Shown here piece after piece: positions 62,405 to 64,000 of a stretch of DNA of 64,000 bases (its first letter is position 1; each line of letters starts with the position of its first letter). The notes below the pieces were generated by a model. That model saw only the letters and a program-made list of their open reading frames with translations, was not told the origin of the DNA and did not search any database. A program made the position numbers and the translations under genes. Source of the stretch: Mustelus asterias (lineage: Eukaryota); assembly GCF_964213995.1 (NCBI RefSeq), contig NC_135805.1:74214001-74278000 (forward strand). Reading direction: 5' to 3'.

Positions 62405-62975
62405 GATAAGAACATAATATAAGAACATAAGGAATAGGAGCATGAATAGGCCATTTTGACCCTTCAGCCTGCTCCACAATTCCACATTATTAATTTGAAT
62501 GAGGCTTTAATTCCACTTTGCTACCTGATTCCCCCCCCAAGAATTCCATAGGTGAACAACCCTCTGAGAGAAGGAATTCCTCCTTGTTAAGTGCGAGACC
62601 CCTTATTTTGAAACTCTACCCTCTAGTTTTAGGTTGCCCCACGAGAAGAAGCATTCTCTTAGCATCTACCCTGTCATTCACCTTCAGAGTTTTATGTGAT
62701 TCAATATGAGAACCTTGTATTCTTCTGAATTTCTATGAGTACTGGTTCAACCTGTCCCTTCATTCCAGGAATCAGCCTGATCAACATGCTCTGAACTGCC
62801 TCCAATGCGATTATATCAGTCCTCAGACCAAAATTGTATGCAGTACTCTGGATGAGATTTCACCAATGCCCTGTACAATTGTAGCAAAGCCTCCTTACTT
62901 TAATATCCCATCCCTCTTGCAATAAAAATTTTCCTGCCTAACTATTTGACGTACCTCCATGTTAACCTTTTGTGA
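62405..62975 (-). mobile_element. Degraded CR1 3' fragment
   Basis: taagaacataa tail and similarity to the 57000-57700 copy. Confidence 0.8.
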
Positions 62976-63540
62976 TACCTCCCACCAAAAATAGAAAAGC
63001 ATAATATCATTTAAATGGAGAGAGACATGCAGAATGATGCATTGTAGCGGGATCTAGGTGTCCTCATACATGAAGCAAACTGTTGCTTTCACTGTTATTC
63101 CTATTGTGATATCCAGGTCAATGATTTTCCTACTTATGGGAAAGTTATTTTCTTCAGATAGATCCTGTTGTTTGCGACAGGATACTGCGCATGTCAACAA
63201 AGCTGTGCTCCACTACCCAAGGTTGGGGCACTACAGTCCAGTTGACCTGGGACAAGCCATTTCCATCTGTTCAGTTGTGAAACTAAATCATACAGATCTG
63301 TTTTCAAATGTCAAGACTGGGGGACAGTCAAAGTGAATAGTCATTTTCAGCTGGTTTTCTGATGGGGAAGTGGGTGGGGCATGCCTGCTGTCTCCTGTCA
63401 ATGTTCCTGTTTGAGATGGGAAAACCCCCGCAGAGCTTCAGGCTAGTAATCCTATATAAATTCCTTGCAGTATTATATTCATAGTTGAATGTCCTGATAC
63501 AGCAGTTCATATTTATGTGATCATATCTTGTTTTTTCTAG

Positions 63541-63621
63541 GTAGTCTCCTTGTAGCTTGTGCTCATTTTGGAGCATATGTATGCGGGACTGACATTGACT
63601 ATAACATTATTCATGGGCGTG
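63541..63621 (+). CDS. TRMT11: TRMT11 exon 8 (GSLLVACAHFGAYVCGTDIDYNIIHGR); gene continues beyond the window
   Basis: ttttctag| acceptor, G|gtaagt donor, 81 nt. Confidence 0.96.
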
Positions 63622-64000
63622 GTAAGTAACCACACGAGAAAACAACCAAACCCTTTCATAAAGTTTTGCTTTGTTAATGAAGAAATATTTTCTTGGTTAA
63701 AAGTAAGTTGGAGAAGATTTACTTCTTTAGCTTTGCTGGGGAAATTGGTGTTTCTTTAAAACAAAATCACTGATAAAACTTTTCCCCCTTTAAGTTCACT
63801 TCAGTTGGTTAACATTTGAGTTAGATATACATATTCTGTTAAAGGAAACAAGACCTTCCATTTACATAGCATCATTAACAGTTAAACAAAAGTCCCAAAG
63901 AATTCATGGAAATAAGTTGGTCAACGGACATCAAGCTATGGTGAGAGAGATTAGGGTGGGTGATTGAAAGCTAGGTTGATAAAGTATTGTTAAGGTTTAG

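Overview
AT-rich vertebrate genomic DNA, most likely a shark or other elasmobranch (inferred from the V-SINE/HE1-like and CR1 repeat content). It contains the conserved NCOA7-HINT3-TRMT11 block on the + strand: a complete short NCOA7 isoform (NCOA7-AS-like TLDc protein, 6 exons, 219 aa, 6287-10971), complete HINT3 (5 exons, 171 aa, 24985-33942) and the first 8 coding exons of TRMT11 (43541-63621). An extra intronless ABRA/STARS-like Costars gene lies on the - strand (40259-40723). The remainder is rich in retroelements. Main points: (1) seven copies of a young Penelope-like family, six built as fold-back inverted repeats with target duplications, a one-sided ~37-40 nt tail and minimal hammerhead ribozymes, one of which has captured an inverted copy of the neighbouring HINT3 exon1/intron1 junction; (2) a structured, A-tailed element with a U2 snRNA-derived head and an octamer motif in HINT3 intron 1; (3) a probable ABRA ohnolog absent from the human locus; (4) an NCOA7-AS-type first exon preceded by IRF/ISRE-like motifs. 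All calls were made by eye, with no database searches, and repeat boundaries are approximate.
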